DNA of 64,000 nucleotides from Marsupella aquatica (taxonomy: Eukaryota; Plantae; Marchantiophyta). This document shows positions 62,816 to 64,000 of this stretch, piece by piece. Location: positions 3,434,944 through 3,498,943 of the forward strand of contig OZ316894.1 of NCBI GenBank assembly GCA_973895155.1. The letters are read 5' to 3'. Positions within the stretch are counted from its first letter, which is position 1. Each line of letters opens with the position of its first letter. The notes beneath the pieces were generated by a model that did not search any database, had not been told where the DNA came from, and was given only the letters and a program-made list of their open reading frames with translations. Position numbers and translations under genes: made by a program.

Positions 62816-63215
62816 AATAATTAATTACCTTTTTCCTAACCTATCCCTCAAACTGACGGGATCACCTAACTACTCCCCACAACTAAATTAATTGTCAAAT
62901 GCACCCCCATTTCCGATGTGGAGTTAAGCTAATCTCAGGAGGTAACATGTTTGCTCTCTCACCTTCAAAAGAATTTGCAGCAAGCTCAACACTTGAATGC
63001 GATAACTGTCAGGCAATATAGGTGTCTACAAGAGAAGTTGGGCCTGGGAGGTAGTAGGACCTCAGTGGAAGGTCAACCTTGGGTTACCTCCTGAGGTTAG
63101 CGTAACCTCATATACAAAAAGGGGGAGCACTTGACAATTAATTTAGTTATGGGGAGTAGTTAGTAAATCGGGTCAGTTTGAGGGACAGGTTAGTCAAAAA
63201 CTGGAATTAATTATT
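62816..63215. mobile_element. Foldback-type MITE with long imperfect terminal inverted repeats
   Basis: Arms pair: CTAACCTATCCCTCAAACTGAC/GTCAGTTTGAGGGACAGGTTAG, CTAACTACTCCCCA/TGGGGAGTAGTTAG, AACTAAATTAATTGTCAA/TTGACAATTAATTTAGTT, CTCAGGAGGTAAC/GTTACCTCCTGAG. Confidence 0.85.
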
Positions 63216-63818
63216 AGATTTTTGGGCCCATTATTAAAATATTCTGGGGTGTATGTGAAATCAATCCAGAAAAATTGTAGATTCTAAGGGTATCGAGCTT
63301 CCGGATATAAACACTGATGTTTACGGACATCCATGTTACGTTGGGCGGACATGGGTTAAAAATGTGCGGCAGTCCCTCTAGATGGCCTGCACAGCCTTGC
63401 AGTGGGATTTCCCGTCTGCCATTTTTATTGGAGCAGTCACCTAGGGAAATTTTTGAAATCACGGCAAGCATGCAGAAGAGCGTTAGTCCAAAACCCAAAC
63501 TTGCATACTGTTACACAGGTTACTGACAGCTTGAGACCAAGAATTCCATAGCTCAACACCATAGCACTATCTCCATGTTCACTACACTACAGGACATGCT
63601 TCCCACTTTCTCCACAATTCAAATTTCTCGACACACTTTCAAAATTTCTTCTCTTTATGAGAACCACTTTGGGCGCAGGCTGTTCCTTGGAATGTAATAA
63701 ATGACGTTCATACTGTTGCTGCCCGCAAGCATAAAGAAATGCACATTTCTTAAATAGTCACAAAAACCTGTTTGAACCCTACGTTTGGGTGGGGATTGTG
63801 TAAAAAGTAAAAAGCACA

Positions 63819-63892
63819 GGGATCACTCGCGAGTATCATACCCCCAACCTGGGCCTCCCCACTCGACTGGGCTACCACTCCACCAAGAGCCC
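63819..63892 (-). other. Degenerate tRNA-like sequence (SINE head or tRNA pseudogene)
   Basis: 74 nt GGGCTCTTGGTGGAGTGGTAG..GGGGGTATGATACTCGC..CCC with A-box-like and B-box-like motifs, followed by TTTTT runs. The cloverleaf is incomplete. Confidence 0.35.
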
Positions 63893-64000
63893 GCTACACA
63901 TTCTCATGGCATGCGCTTGTGGTATTTATTTCCGCAAGCGGTTGGGGCAGCACTTTGCAAGCAATGGGTACAGAGAGCCATTAATAAATGGATGAGTTGC

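Overview
Eukaryotic land-plant nuclear DNA with GT-AG spliced genes; probably a non-seed plant such as a bryophyte or lycophyte, which is inference only. The left half (1-29 kb) is TE-rich. It holds a decayed non-RD LRR receptor kinase plus a second remnant, Helitron ends, MITEs, and two complete, related Tnt1/Tork-like Ty1/copia elements in opposite orientation (9141-15175 +, TSD AGTCA; 21525-28290 -, TSD AAGGG). The right half is genic: a GPI-anchored GH17+X8 beta-1,3-glucanase, two tandem RtcA-type RNA 3'-phosphate cyclases, divergent DUF1350 and DUF2301 genes, and an ArfGAP with an uninterrupted CDS. The most striking observation is that both diverged copia elements carry an in-frame UGA at the identical gag/pol position, while their other stops are private. 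They also share strongly conserved non-coding blocks (5' leader, and a 3' UTR stem with a compensatory base pair), suggesting a recoding-controlled plant copia lineage. Second: a class I RtcA in a plant, duplicated, with the second copy having lost two conserved active-site residues.
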